Positions 1 through 14,453 of a stretch of DNA of 63,929 nucleotides are shown here, one piece after another. Below the pieces are notes generated by a model. It saw nothing but the letters and a program-made list of their open reading frames with translations. It searched no databases and had not been told where the DNA came from. This DNA is from Octopus bimaculoides (taxonomy: Eukaryota), in assembly GCF_001194135.2 (NCBI RefSeq), contig NC_068984.1:31975958-32039886 (forward strand), given 5' to 3'. The stretch's first letter is position 1; each line of letters begins with the position of its first letter. Made by a program: the position numbers and the translations under genes.

Positions 1-37
<37 letters not shown>

Positions 38-38
<1 letters not shown>

Positions 39-230
39 CTGAACCGGATGGTGCATTGTGTTCTTGAGCAAAACACTTCATTGCACGTTTGCCCCAGTTC
101 ACTTGGCTGGCAAAATGAATAATCTTGGGTCGGGCCAGCATCCCATCCAGTGAAGAATATATATGCCACGGAAATCGGGAAACTGAGCTTTATGAGTCCA
201 TAGGGATCAACAAGGATGCTTTATCCTTCA
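38..230 (+). mobile_element. SINE fragment, family C (same family as 29400-29740)
   Basis: Shares TTGTGTTCTTGAGCAA..AC.TT.ATT.CAC.TT.C..CAGTTCACT with the fuller copy at 29400-29740; the 5' end is replaced by (AT)n. Confidence 0.6.
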
Positions 231-779
231 TCCTTATATGTGTGTATGTATGTGTGTGCATGCTTATGTATGAGCGCATGCACACTTGGGCAGCTATGTA
301 TCTTCAATCATTTATAAAGCCATCCTGGTTTTTAAAATTATTATATTCTTTATTACAGTAAACTACTATAGAGGCTTGTGTCTGTGTATTTAAGTATGCA
401 TACATATATGTATGTGTGTATGTATGCATGTATATTATACTTGTGCATGGAGTTGTATTGTCTGTGTATGTGTGTGTGTATTCATAAAGAAATATATGTA
501 TCTACACACAGACATACATATGCAGATACCTATTTATTCATAAACGCATATGCACATCATATTGATACGTTTTAGAAATATGTTTTAAAGAGAACTGGGA
601 ACGTTTTCTCCTAAACGAATCGTTTTTATGGTTTGAATTAATATCTCTGAAGGGACATTTTTTATTTCACTAGAATATATTAATTTCAAACTGTTTCAAA
701 ATGAATTTATATGGTTTGGAAATTCGTAAATTCAGTAAAAAATGTATTTCGGAATTTGCCATGTCTACATGTGCCACTA

Positions 780-1260
780 CAAAATATGTAAAAAGCAACA
801 TTTTCTGCATTATCACAGTCTTCTAATACAGACGGATTATCTGCATATTGAACCAAATTCTTGAATCTCCAAGGAACTTTATATATGCTAGAAGAGTTTA
901 ATAAATTCAGTTGCCTTAAGGTTTGTAAAATCTAACTTTTCGGCCCTTTTTGTCTTGTCTGAATGTGCAGAAGATATACAGAGAGAGGGGAGGGTGGAAG
1001 TGGTGTTGATGTATATGTATATGGATCCTATATATTTGCCTTTAGCAGAAGGAACAACACTTTTCATAATCAAACAAAGCGCAAGGAAAAAGCATTAGAT
1101 TCTATATTTCCCACGGCAATTTTATTTATTGAATTCTCTTATTTGTTTAATTGTTACTGATGCAGACCATCTCCAATTTCTAAGGATTTTTTCAATTGTA
1201 CTCCATTACATGTAGCAACAACATCTTCCTAAACATCTATAGATTCTTGTTTCATATTTA
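780..1260 (-). mobile_element. Highly decayed LINE reverse-transcriptase fossil (RTE-like)
   Basis: Manual minus-strand translation across frameshifts gives F.DYEK-like, RQ and LVQYADN segments in RT motif order. Many stops; weak assignment. Confidence 0.3.
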
Positions 1261-2899
1261 ATATGCAAGACCTCAATATTTGGAAAGATTGCTTGGCTAG
1301 TTAGAAATAACAGCAAAAATATTTCAAATCATATCTTCAGAAAAGGAAGAATCCATTGCATAATGTAATTCTAGATATACAATGCTTTTGATTATAAGTT
1401 TGCTCAAAATTTACTAAGAACTAAACATCATAATGATACAATAAAAAAGAGAGGCTTGTGATGAAAGTCAAAATTCTTATCAAACAGTGCAGTTCAACTC
1501 TAACAGATTTATCATTAACTGGTGTATTTAAATGATTTCTGGTGATTTATGCAGGCCTTAAGTATGAAGTGAATAATAAAAAAAATTAGACATCTCCGAG
1601 ATAAAAACTTCATTTCACTATAAGTTAATGAACCAACAGTTAATTCCATAGCAGTGGATTATATCATTCACTCATATTACCTACTTAGAAATAATCAGTC
1701 CGTGGAAGCTGTTTATATATGGTAATTTGAGCTGCTACAAATAGTAGCAAAATGTATCTTACCTCATATTTCACATCTTAAAAAATTTCAAGCAATTTCA
1801 TTAGAAACACGATGCTGAAAATAAACTGGGATGGTCACAGCAGAGTATCCTCACCCACAGATCTAAACTAGAGCTGGAGAAGATTAACTTAAACCTATTG
1901 GTCTCAGTCATTGAGATTTAAGTATTTTGGTATTGCATTCAAACTTTCAACTTATTAATTGTTATCTGCTGAAATAAACATAAAGAACTCAAGGTTATCT
2001 CTATCTGCATATCAAGGGAGCTGGTTGTGGAGGCTGCTTCTAAGAGGCTACATTCACCAGTTCTTTATAGGTTGATGATCCCTCGAGCCCCTCTTCTTTT
2101 GATGGTGCATAGAAGATCTATGTATAAGGAATGTCTTTAACCTTTAAAATCTGGAAAGGCTTATTTCTTTCCAAGTGTGAATGCTGCAGAGATTTTTCAG
2201 AAAGAAAAAGAAAGAAAAGACATGACTTCAACACTGAGTTAATACTTTATTTACTGACTTCTAAAGAGCGAATGGCAAAGTTGCTATCGCCATGTCTCAG
2301 TATGCAGAGAGGTCAAGATTATGACAGTTAGGTATTTTATGTAATGCTCTTATTACTCTTCTAAACAACTACATTTCTGCCAGTTCTCCAGTAATGATAT
2401 TTGTAGAAAAAGAAGCTGCAGTTATGGAGGAAACGTATTGAGTATTTGCAGTATTTGGAAGGAGATAAATAATAGGCTTGACAATTGGATGTTAGGTGGT
2501 TGCATCAGGATGGTGTGGGTCGTTGGGGTATGCCTGTTTCGTGGAGTAGTAACCATCGTTGTAGTGATAAAAGAAATAGAGACAAACATATATATAAGTT
2601 AATAGCAACAGCATCTTTAGTGAGTGAGTCGGCTAATCATCCACGGGGCCTTTTTAATGCAGTCAAATATGTTCGTATGTGTAATAACATCACAATCAGA
2701 TATATAAGTAATTGGTGTTCTTAACGACTGATTAGCCCTTATTGAGTAGATATATGACAAAAAAGGCATTACAATCCCATCTTTATGCACTGCATATGCA
2801 GTGAATTCCTAGATATTCGTTTTAAGATGGTAAGACATGATTTAAAAGAGATTTAGCTGCACTTACTAAAGGTAAAAAAATCGCATACAACAGTCAACA

Positions 2900-4100
2900 G
2901 AAGCACTCATACATTGTCGACAGAATTTGTTCCTTCACAAAGCACCTTCAATCGGCACTTCCATAAATACAGCCTTTTGAGAAAACACTGTTGTGAAGTT
3001 TCTCATCAACTGACCAATGATCAGGCTCAACTTTTGTCTGAATTTGATACCTGTGTGTGGATTACATTAGATATGATTACAGATAATGAGACCCAGTAAT
3101 TATGACATGGGGGATTCGGCAGTTTCTTATCTTCATTATGCAAAGTGAGATTATAGTATAAAACTGTTTCCTTGATATGGGCCTTGATAATATTTCGGTG
3201 TTGCTGAATAATGTTGTTGAAAGATGCTGCTATTGATATGCAACCTTGATCTGCTTTGGTTATGCAACTCTATGCCTTGTAAGAAGTCAATGGACCAGCC
3301 AGTGATAAAACATATACTCATCTACTGTTCAAAATTTACCATGCTAGATATCATCTTTTTGAGAAGTGCATTGGTAACTCTGAAAATCAATGGTTTCTTA
3401 CAAATTGTGCTTCTTTGGAGCTATTCCATTCGCTACACTTTCCATTTATTCTTGTGTACCTGTTCGATAGTTGGAAACAAGAAAGGGAAATTCATTGTAA
3501 ATGTTATAGTGTGCCTAACATTACAGTAATTAGCACCAATCTGGATGTTAATTATACTGTTGTTTTTCTGGAGACGTATATCTCTGTTTCTACTGATTGA
3601 GGAGAGACAGTGTATTTTTAGCATCGCCTAAAGGCAGATATGTTTGCTCAAAAGTTAGAGGGCTTGCCTGAGTTAGAGCTTGTAGTGGTAAAAATCATAA
3701 CCCTTCACTTATATCACTAGTTTCTCAAATTAAGTATCTTTACTTCATTTTGTGATGTATGTGCTGGAGAAAATGGTAAGGAATAGGCTATCGTATTTTT
3801 TTATAGATTGTTTGGATTTGCTATAAATAAAAGCAGGAGCACTGGTAAATTTAAGGATAAATCTGTCACGAAGTAGCATAGTAAACATAGTCATCATAGT
3901 TTTGGTGTGAGATTGTTTTGGATGAAACTAGTCTGTATGTGATGTAAACTGGAACGAAACCCGCAGACATTTTAAAGCATATTTATTTAAGAAAAGGCTG
4001 TGCATTATGTTTATGGATTTTTAGATACTCACTGTAGGGAGACTTAGCGTATAGGGATTGACTTACACGATGTCTAAATTCTTCAGTCATTTGGAGACAG
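2900..4100 (-). mobile_element. Possible decayed piggyBac-like transposase fossil
   Basis: Scattered minus-strand fragments (YDF..Y-like, W.LL..RH-like, DHW and a Cys-containing tail) in plausible order. No TTAA-flanked TIRs found; needs an HMM search. Confidence 0.28.
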
Positions 4101-4362
4101 GAACGAAATGTGCTTGAATGAAAATCGAGATGTGAATTTATCCGATTCTATTCACATCTGGATTGCCTTGAGCAAGAGTGAAATAATGTGTCTTTAACTA
4201 TGATTATGCAGCCATTGGTTTTCACGGAGTGAGAGATAGGGAAATATCAGTCCGCCAAATCTTGCTAAGATTTACAAGTTATTCATAAGAAATTAAAAAA
4301 AGGGGATCGAAGAAGCCGATTTCTGTTAAAACCACAGGGGGAACAAATTCACCACGACAACT

Positions 4363-4363
4363 C

Positions 4364-4417
<54 letters not shown>

Positions 4418-4443
4418 TTGTTGTTATTATTATTACTGCTGCT
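4363..4443. repeat. (CTA)n / (TTG,TTA,CTG)n compound microsatellite
   Basis: Directly visible. Confidence 0.95.
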
Positions 4444-4524
4444 GGTTATTCGACGGCTACAATCACTCCTAGAAAACAAGTCTTGACCACTATTTAATTT
4501 ACTATCGCAGCGAGTTGAAATTAC

Positions 4525-4566
4525 CTTGCCTTCAGAACAGGACGAAATGACCACGTGCGCATGCAA
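4525..4566 (-). promoter_or_regulatory. Candidate core promoter plus short first exon
   Basis: On the minus strand: NRF1-like TGCATGCGCA overlapping E-box CACGTG (4552-4557), Inr-like TCATTT (4550-4545), then donor CAAG|GTAATT at 4525/4524. Local CpG enrichment over 4305-4590. Confidence 0.4.
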
Positions 4567-5504
4567 GAAATAACAGTAAACTATGAACGTCATTCTTAAT
4601 TTTAATTTCAATTTTATTCTATTAATAGCCCTCTTCTTTTCTCACATACTTTATACTAATTTTTGATAAGGTCTTTCAAAAAAAAAAACGAAACATGTAA
4701 TGTAAATTAATTAAAACACNNNNNNNNNNNNNNNNNNNNNNNNNNNNNNNNNNNNNNNNNNNNNNNNNNNNNNNNNNNNNNNNNNNNNNNNNNNNNNNNN
4801 NNNNNNNNNNNNNNNNNNNNNNNNNNNNNNNNNNNNNNNNNNNNNNNNNNNNNNNNNNNNNNNNNNNNNNNNNNNNNNNNNNNNNNNNNNNNNNNNNNNN
4901 NNNNNNNNNNNNNNNNNNNNNNNNNNNNNNNNNNACACACACACACACATGAAAAATGTCTTATTAAGAAAACAAGAAATCAAGGGTGCTACTCTAGGAT
5001 GATCCACCAATGCTGTGTTGAGCACTCATTCTCGTTATTCGGCATGTACATAGATGTGTGCGCGTGCGTGTGTGTGTGTGCATGTGTGTGTGTGTGTGCA
5101 TGTGTGTGTGTGTGTGCATGTGTGTGTGTACATTCAGTAATCAGTTTTTGATCTTTTGTTGTTTAATCTAAGATTCAGATCAAACTTGATCAAGCCGGCC
5201 TGATTAAAGGCATTCTAATAATGACCATGTTAACTTTTTAGGTGTAGTTTGGACTAATACTATATTATGTATGTTAAGAAAAAAACCATAGCTTAATGGC
5301 ATATGAGAAGTCATCTGACTGCTATTTCCAGAATATAGAGAAACTGCTTAAACACTTCTTCAATGACTTCAAATATTTTCTGTTGAAAGTAATGGTGATG
5401 TGACAGAGGGTAATATTGATGTAATAACGGTCAGATTCATGATACTGGTTGTCTTGGTGTTATAGTTATTAACTGTTTTTTGATACTTCTATACATGACA
5501 ATGA

Positions 5505-5583
5505 TGGTGGCGACGGTGATGATGTTGATAATATAATGATAGTAGTGATGCTGGCGGTGGTGGATGTGTTGCTGTTGTTGTTG

Positions 5584-5615
<32 letters not shown>

Positions 5616-5700
5616 GGTGGTGATGGTGGTGGTGGTGGTGACGATGTTTATGATTATCCTGATCATGGTAGCAGTGATAATGATGATGCCTAGGACGATG
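5505..5700. repeat. (GTT)n/(GGT)n/(GAT)n mosaic microsatellite
   Basis: Directly visible; explains ORFs 5469..5666 and 5536..5754. Confidence 0.9.
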
Positions 5701-8104
5701 TTATTACTCTTTATGCCTCTAATAATATTGGCGATCAGCAGGAGAACAGGATGAGAGAGAAAGAGGGGTGGGAAAGAAAGAAAGAAAAAGAGAAAGAAAG
5801 AAATAAAGAAAGAGAGAGAGAAGGCGTTTCTATCACGTGTGTATATGTGTGCATGTAATAGAGAAAGAAGACTGAAGATGTCTGACTTATTATGAGCAAA
5901 TTTCGTGCTGCTGCACCTCTAATACAAAAACAAGATTCCCGTATGATACATTCTTGAGAAGACAGCATAAAGAATGGTTTTGCCTTCTTCAAGAACACTG
6001 ACAGCTTATATCCCCTCGTAAGTGACATATTCAAATATACGTCCTACTGATTAGAGCGGAATAAATGACTTCCAGATTCAATTGAAACGATAGAATTTCC
6101 TGGCAATCGAAGCAAAAGTGTCTATATCTCAAGGCCTTTCTGTCTCTTTTAGGATTCTTTATTCGCTGCCATATTGCTTTGGCAGTAATCAATTGTCTTT
6201 TTTCTTTTCTTTTTCTTTTCACTGAAGAAGTTGCTCTGGAGATTCTAAAATGATTGTTTGTCTCATGAGTATATTGAAACAACTGGTAAATTCCCAACAG
6301 TACTGCAATGCCGAGGTATCAAATTATTTCTTCCTCAATCTAATCTAGTCGATCCCAATAAATAACAAAAGACGGAATTGTTTAGAAATTATGCGCTCCT
6401 TCATGGTTTTACAAAGCAATTATAATAAGTTGTATTTGTAATTGAAGAAAGGAAACTTTGGAAATCGGTAACAAGCTGAACATTAAATCTCATTGTGACA
6501 ACTAAACAAGTTTCTTGTTAATGGATATATTCTCATAATTGTTCTCATACATAATGCTACTTAGCTGTTATTTTCTTAATTTCTGGAATCTTTAGATAAT
6601 TTACTATTTTCTTATTTTGAAGAAGATACTAAAGATATAATCTCATAAGTGCTGAGTGTAGAGTCAGGCAATTTTGATCAATCTATGACTCGTAAGTTGG
6701 GTTTCTAGAGTTCTTAAGCAGACATTATTTAGGTAGCCAACCAGTTCTATATCATTGGAGCAAAACTGTGTACAGACACATATATGTATGGTGTTAGTCG
6801 AAAATAATGTCATCTACTATCGTTTTACCTCGTGCATTTGGTTTAACAGATATATTTTCTATTATTATTATTGTGAATCACAGTAATAATGTAAGTTCCT
6901 GTAAGACTAAAGCAAAATGAGATACACTTCTGTCACATAGATTTTACATCAAAACCTGACCCATGGGTAGAGTCTCCTCTTTTGTACATCTTCGGAATAG
7001 GCCACCAGTTTGAAGACATCCCAATATCTTTTTGCATTTCTTTCTACCAAAGCAATATTCAGCTCTTTTATTTCTTTTATCTTTTCACTTCACTGTAAAT
7101 ATGCCATGTCCTCCCATTGAGTATACATAAAACTACCTGGAGATATACTAAGCAAAACTCACTGTTCAACCATTGGTCCCATTAGATTGTAAGATCTGAA
7201 ATTTTCACTGACGCAACGAAGACCAACTGACATGTCACTGTATTGTCACTGAAAGCTTATCATCATTAGCTGCATCCCAAAGGCCTTGTTTTCGGATGGA
7301 AATTGGAAAAGGTGTCACATGACATTATGTTTAACACCTTCTTAATTCTGCTAGTCTTAAAGTAAGATCAAGTCTGTCGTCATATTGAGAAAGATTCTGA
7401 AGAATGCAATAGCTCAATAAGCCAAGCATATGTGAGATTCGTTGAAGGCTGGAAAAACAGTCTTTTAGAATTATATTGCATTTTTTGTATACATGTTTGC
7501 GTGAGTTTATATTAACGTTTATTTTTTTTTCAAAGCCTACGCAATAGATCAGAGGGCCTACAAAATAAAACTGTGAAAGTTGCTTATATAGTGATATTTC
7601 AAAAGGATATTATTTTGATGTATTGTTCCTAATACACATTTCCTTGTGTAGCTCAACTGTTTGTTAGAATATGCAGGTGAGAACAATAAATGAGACCCGT
7701 CAACAAATTGGACGGAGGAACAGTCTTGTGAGCAATTTTCTTAGAGGCTGCTTATCAGCTGACATATAAACCTGTATACTCTTCAGACTATTCAAGATTC
7801 ATCCCTTTTTAGATGGTCTATTTATAAGGATTAAAACTGCTTATAGCAGCAGCTCTTGTGTCATGTTTTCCTCTTCCCTTTTGACAACCCCAAACAATTT
7901 CATATATGATCAACGAAACAAAGTTAGGTGTATTTAAAATCTAACCAACAATTCTATACCTCTTATGTAAATATTCTTAGACTCAGTTCAAACTAACCTC
8001 ACTCAAACCTTCTTCTAACATGCAAACCCTATATTTTATTCCTCTCTGTGATATAAATCTCAGACTCTGCATCTCAAGATTCACTCTGACAGTTGTCTTA
8101 ACAC

Positions 8105-8505
8105 ATATTTTATCTTTTACTTGTTTCAGTCATTAGATTGCACTAATGCTGGGGCTTAGCTTTGAAGAATTTTAGTCAAATGAATCGATCCATATACATT
8201 CAAATAAGCCTGGTTCTCATTCTATCAATTTATTATGCTGAACCGCTAAGTTACAGGATGTAAACACACCAACACCGGTTATCAAGCAGTGGGTTATGAC
8301 AAACACAGACTCAGATACACACACATACACATATATGTATATATATATATATATTTACATATACAACAGGTTTCTTTCAGTCTCCGTCAACGAAATCCAA
8401 TTTCATCGGCCCAAGACTATAGTAGAAAACACTTGCCCAGAGTGCCACTCAGTGGGACTGTACCCGAAACTATGTGGTTGGGAAGCAAGCTTGTTACCAC
8501 ACAGC
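8105..8505 (-). mobile_element. SINE family B (tRNA-like head, CORE-like body, internal microsatellite, 3' tail)
   Basis: Reverse complement matches 32978-33318 and 18118-18217 (TGGCTGTGTGGTAA..AGCTT.CTT.CCAACCACAT.GTT.CGGGT.CAGTCCCACTG.GTGGCAC). Confidence 0.85.
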
Positions 8506-9821
8506 CACGTGTGCGTCTATACACATTGAATATACCGTCCACTTTTATCAGGATTTCAGTCTGAAAACGACTTCCAAACACTTAAAATTTTCCATCCCGA
8601 CCTCTTTCGAAACTTCCCAAAATACTATCAGAAGCCATTGGTGCATAGCTATATGTTGTACAAGTGTATATTAAGGTCTCTTGAGAGTGTACCTGCATAT
8701 TTTATAATTTAAGATTTTCTCTTGCAATACAATTGTTTTATTATATTCAATGTTTTATTATATTCAATTTATTTTTAACTAATATTTTAATACAATTGAT
8801 AAATTTAAATGAAATTAAAAATCAACATCATCATCATCATTTGCAAGTGGCTTACATGTTTTGATCTTTTGTGCGATTTCAAAAGCTTTCATGGAATACA
8901 TGCAAAGCTGATTGGATTGTTTTGCATGGAATAAGATTATAAAGTGGTAAATTTTCCGTTGCTAGTATTTTCCAAGTTTGAAGGAAAAAATATTAATTTT
9001 CTCAATATTTTTCCTTCCCAGACAGACATTTCAAACTTTGCAACTAAGACATTTTATGCCCTCCAAACTTCCACAGAAAATGTAGACTGCATGTAAAGAA
9101 GATAACATAGTTAAGTACTTAAAAAAGAAGACAGGCAGAAATATCAATAGTAAATGCATGTCAGACCTTGGCCCACTAAAAAAGCATTAGCTAAAATTTT
9201 AGAGAAGAAAACAGCAAACAATTCTCATCTCCATTTATTACCAGCAACAAGGAAAGTTTAAACGTGATTCAGTAAAGAAAAATAGAGTATGGCACATGTA
9301 TGAAACCAAAACAAATGCTTCCTTACTCAACACATTTATTCAGAAGTGGGAGAAGAGTAATTTACTAATGTATTTCTTACGAAAAGAATGAGAGAGCTTA
9401 ATCAAAATAATTAGGATAATCTGCTTATTGGAGAGATGAAACTAAGGCCAAATTCATTCAAAATATATTTTCCCCGTTGATGTTAGCAATGATAATCTAA
9501 AAGTAACCTACTGAGGATGTGAGATGATAAACGAAACCAAGAGTCTGAAAATAGAGACAAGATGTGGAAGATTCTTTAAATCTACTCCCCCAATGCATCG
9601 TTAGAATGATTGGCAAAACTTCTGGGACAACTTTAGGTAGAGAAAATGATAATGTCTTGAGTACTGGCATTACAACGAAATGCATCCAGTGAAACCATTC
9701 CCCAAAAAATGAATCATACGAGCAACGCCTGTTCTTCTGACCCGCATTGTAAGGCAGCAATTCTGAATAGTAATTGAATCAAGCTGTGGCACTCTAAGGT
9801 AGTGAAATCTTTTCTGCTACT

Positions 9822-10008
9822 GCTGCTAATGAGAATGACGACGACGACGATGACGACAATGATAATAACGATGATAATGGCGATAACAACAAAGCTGCTG
9901 CTGATGACTACAACGACGGTGATGCTGACGATGACGATAAGGAGGATGAGGAAGTTAATGATGACTACGACGATGATGACATCGCTAATGAGGACGATGA
10001 TGAGATAA
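9822..10008. repeat. (GAT/GAC/GCT)n decayed trinucleotide repeat
   Basis: Directly visible; explains ORFs 9714..10016 and 9802..10008. Confidence 0.9.
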
Positions 10009-11471
10009 ACATCCATGCCTGTTGTAATTTTTGTTTCTGATGAGAACGTCCTTTGATCTCGTCATTGTCTCCCTTATTTCTAAAGCAGAGCTGAATTTTT
10101 TTCTTTAATTCCTGTTTTCTAGTCAAGGGTTAATATAAGATCAAGGGATTATAAAAGACGTTGATCAGGTCTCAATGTCCTGTCATGTCATTTAACAATC
10201 TCAATTGTTTCCTCTTCATAATTTTCTTCTCCTTCGGTCTGTGGTTCTTGTTTGTGGCATTTCATGAGTTGAAAGCAAGTTTTCGTTTTGCTCATATTTT
10301 GTAGCTCTCTCCCTCTGTTAGGTTTAACCACTTTTGTTGCATGTTTTATGTATTTTCATTATCTCTTCTTCTTGAGGATCATATTTTATGCCTTATATCT
10401 TGTTGGTTCCATAAATGCATGTCTGTTATGATCCAACGTTAATTTCACATGAGAAGTTATTTCCTCTCCGGATATAACTGCGTATTGTGTTTGTTTTATC
10501 TGAATAGATTGTAGTTGTAAAATATGCATGTAATACGGAAACGTATTCTCCTAATTTTTATTTATACTTTTCTATTTTTAGAAATATAAAGTAATATTTA
10601 GCCCTTTATTTAATGTGTCCTCATTTTCTTTTTTATTTCAATACTGAGATATATATTTCTAGTATTGCCTAATTTTATAATAACAATATTTAATAGTATA
10701 CATTACGACTTTTTTGTTCGTGATATTGAGCCGAATGAAATGGTTTTCGTCTGATTTGTTTGTCGTTTATAATTTGGCAGTAAATTTATCTGATGTTGAT
10801 TTGCCTTGTGATCTTTTGTGCACATACATGTAGTTCTTAACTAGTGATTATTGTAAAAATTTGCAATACATTAATTATTTTAACCATAATATATTATGAT
10901 TTATTACATACCTCACTTAGAACACCTGTATTACTTGCATTAGCAACCTTCAACATATTCTTTTTTTTTATATTCTTTAGTATTCTTGCGTTCATGTTAA
11001 AGAATATTTTTAGAGTAGTTGAATAAGGATGTCTCTTGTGATTTAGCACAGTGATTCTAAATACAGTATGATATTATTTATTATCTGCTTCTACTTTCTC
11101 TCATCACCATCATCATCAAGTTATTATTATTAATATTATTATTATTATTATTATTTACTAATATTGATCATTATCAGTTATTTTTCCCTTTTCCTTTCTA
11201 ACATTTGAAGACATGATGAAGCAGTAGTGTTAGATCTCAGTATGTTGAGCCTCATAGATCAGATAACACGTGATTGAAAAAAGTCGTGATTTAATAAACC
11301 CACCTCAAATGATGATAATGATAATGACAATGAGTAATTTCTAATTAATTCTAGATGGATGTTGGTGTACATGAAGACGTAATCATCATCATCATTGAAA
11401 GTTTATTAACATCATGTCTTATTAATCATAGAAGAAACTTTAGTATAAACTGAAAGAAAAACATATGCACA

Positions 11472-11507
<36 letters not shown>

Positions 11508-12224
11508 TGCGTGATTTCGGCAAAGTAAAAAGAAAAAAAAAGATGCTTGCAAAGTTGAACTACATCATTTTTTCAAAACTTTGATAAGAGATTGAGAAAT
11601 ATTAAATATTCGGGGATATAAATAGAAGTTTTAATGTCAATAAAATATTCATGATTCAAATTAAAGTCATATAACTGTCAGAAGAATTATCTTCAAGACA
11701 TAAACAATGAGAACCACTAATAAAAAAGATTATAGGCAAGCAGAGTCAGAAGAGTGGTGTCGGCCCAAGCATGGCTATTTGAACAATATGTTTGATATAA
11801 ATATGGTTGAAGAGCATGATGGCTACAACGACAGTATCGCATAAAACGCTTATATGATGATAATATTGGTGGCAATACTGATACTTCTGATGATGATGAT
11901 GAAGAAGAAAATGATGAAGCTGATAATGAGGAAGATGTAGAGGGGAATCATCCATAAATATCATAAAATTGTTAATAAAAATAATGTAAAAATAACTAAT
12001 CTGAAAATTTATAGTTTCCATATCTTAAGGCAACAAAGTAACTAAGAGTCCATATCAACTCCCAAAATGCAGTTGTAGTAATAGCACATCTTATCTATTT
12101 AATGACAAATATGTATTGGCTCCTTTTACCATACAAAACAGATTTCAGTAAATTCAGGCATGCGATATATTGCGGCAAATATCATCTAGCATAAAAGCTG
12201 TTATATATGACCCTATCTCTCTAA

Positions 12225-12833
12225 ATCTACGTTTTCAAGACCCACGAGATTTATAACAAATGAAAAACACATACTATCCATCTGTTCATGCATCGAGGAT
12301 ACCCCTCCCACCTTGTCCAATCCGCTCTCGCCCGCGCTCGTCGAATCGACCGCATCACCGCCCTCTCCCCCCCANNNNNNNNNNGTCGAATCGACCGCAT
12401 CACCGCCCTCTCCCCCCCACCAATCTCTTAAGCGAACCCCCTTCCCACTCCGTTTCCACCCTGTCACCCTACCCCTTCGCCTCCAGCTCGATCCCACCAT
12501 CCACCCCATTTTCCCAAACCCACCCCTATCCTCTTTCAGACGCACCCGTAACCTACGCGATCTACTGGTCCGTAGTACCTTCACCTCTTCCTCCCCACCC
12601 CACCCGGCTCCTTCCCGTGCTCCAGATCCCGCTGTCACACCTGCCCCTTCATCACCAACACTACCTCTGTCACAGGGCCGAACCTACACACACTTCACAT
12701 TCAACACAGTTTCACCTGCACCTCCTCCAACCTAATTTACTGCATCAAATGCAACCTATGCAACCAACTCTACGTGGGGCAGACGGGCCGCCGGCTGGCC
12801 GACCGTTTCACCAAACACCTAAGGGACGTTCGG
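12225..12833 (+). mobile_element. Penelope-like element, linker and GIY-YIG endonuclease remnant (frameshifted)
   Basis: Translations SSFRRTRNLRDLLVRS and, in another frame, TSSNLIYCIKCNLCNQLYVGQTGRRLADRFTKHLRDV match the PLE GIY-YIG pattern (IY.I.C..C...YVGQT.R.L..R..EH). Runs into an N-gap. Confidence 0.9.
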
Positions 12834-13707
12834 NNNNNNNNNNNNNNNNNNNNNNNNNNNNNNNNNNNNNNNNNNNNNNNNNNNNNNNNNNNNNNNNNNN
12901 NNNNNNNNNNNNNNNNNNNNNNNNNNNNNNNNNNNNNNNNNNNNNNNNNNNNNNNNNNNNNNNNNNNNNNNNNNNNNNNNNNNNNNNNNNNNNNNNNNNN
13001 NNNNNNNNNNNNNNNNNNNNNNNNNNNNNNNNNNNNNNNNNNNNNNNNNNNNNNNNNNNNNNNNNNNNNNNNNNNNNNNNNNNNNNNNNNNNNNNNNNNN
13101 NNNNNNNNNNNNNNNNNNNNNNNNNNNNNNNNNNNNNNNNNNNNNNNNNNNNNNNNNNNNNNNNNNNNNNNNNNNNNNNNNNNNNNNNNNNNNNNNNNNN
13201 NNNNNNNNNNNNNNNNNNNNNNNNNNNNNNNNNNNNNNNNNNNNNNNNNNNNNNNNNNNNNNNNNNNNNNNNNNNNNNNNNNNNNNNNNNNNNNNNNNNN
13301 NNNNNNNNNNNNNNNNNNNNNNNNNNNNNNNNNNNNNNNNNNNNNNNNNNNNNNNNNNNNNNNNNNNNNNNNNNNNNNNNNNNNNNNNNNNNNNNNNNNN
13401 NNNNNNNNNNNNNNNNNNNNNNNNNNNNNNNNNNNNNNNNNNNNNNNNNNNNNNNNNNNNNNNNNNNNNNNNNNNNNNNNNNNNNNNNNNNNNNNNNNNN
13501 NNNNNNNNNNNNNNNNNNNNNNNNNNNNNNNNNNNNNNNNNNNNNNNNNNNNNNNNNNNNNNNNNNNNNNNNNNNNNNNNNNNNNNNNNNNNNNNNNNNN
13601 NNNNNNNNNNNNNNNNNNNNNNNNNNNNNNNNNNNNNNNNNNNNNNNNNNNNNNNNNNNNNNNNNNNNNNNNNNNNNNNNNNNNNNNNNNNNNNNNNNNN
13701 NNNNNNA

Positions 13708-14117
13708 CCCATATACACGCGCACGCCTACATACACGCACATACACAGCCGCATACACATGCACACACACACACACACAGGAGTGCACACACAAAATAAC
13801 ACACATACCTGGCACACATCCTTACGCTCTCACAAGCATACGCACGCACACACACATAAACACACACATACACATACACACACCTCTCACATACACAAAC
13901 ACACACATACACGTACACACATACACATACACACACACGCCTCTCACATACACCATACTCACTCATATACACAACACGCACGCACGCGCGAAAACATACA
14001 CAATATACACATACACGCACGCACAAAAAATATACACACACGCGCACACACACGCACATCCACACACATACTCACACACACGCACACACCCACATACACA
14101 TACACACGCACACACAC
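13708..14117. repeat. Complex (CA)-rich low-complexity tract
   Basis: Directly visible between two gaps. Confidence 0.95.
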
Positions 14118-14453
14118 NNNNNNNNNNNNNNNNNNNNNNNNNNNNNNNNNNNNNNNNNNNNNNNNNNNNNNNNNNNNNNNNNNNNNNNNNNNNNNNNNNN
14201 NNNNNNNNNNNNNNNNNNNNNNNNNNNNNNNNNNNNNNNNNNNNNNNNNNNNNNNNNNNNNNNNNNNNNNNNNNNNNNNNNNNNNNNNNNNNNNNNNNNN
14301 NNNNNNNNNNNNNNNNNNNNNNNNNNNNNNNNNNNNNNNNNNNNNNNNNNNNNNNNNNNNNNNNNNNNNNNNNNNNNNNNNNNNNNNNNNNNNNNNNNNN
14401 NNNNNNNNNNNNNNNNNNNNNNNNNNNNNNNNNNNNNNNNNNNNNNNNNNNNN

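Noticed and set aside
1761-1812. Minus-strand segment with good acceptor and donor
   Set aside because: Stops in all three frames and appears to lie in repeat-like sequence.
12346-12419. Direct repeat around a 10-N gap in the Penelope fragment
   Set aside because: Typical unmerged contig overlap artefact.
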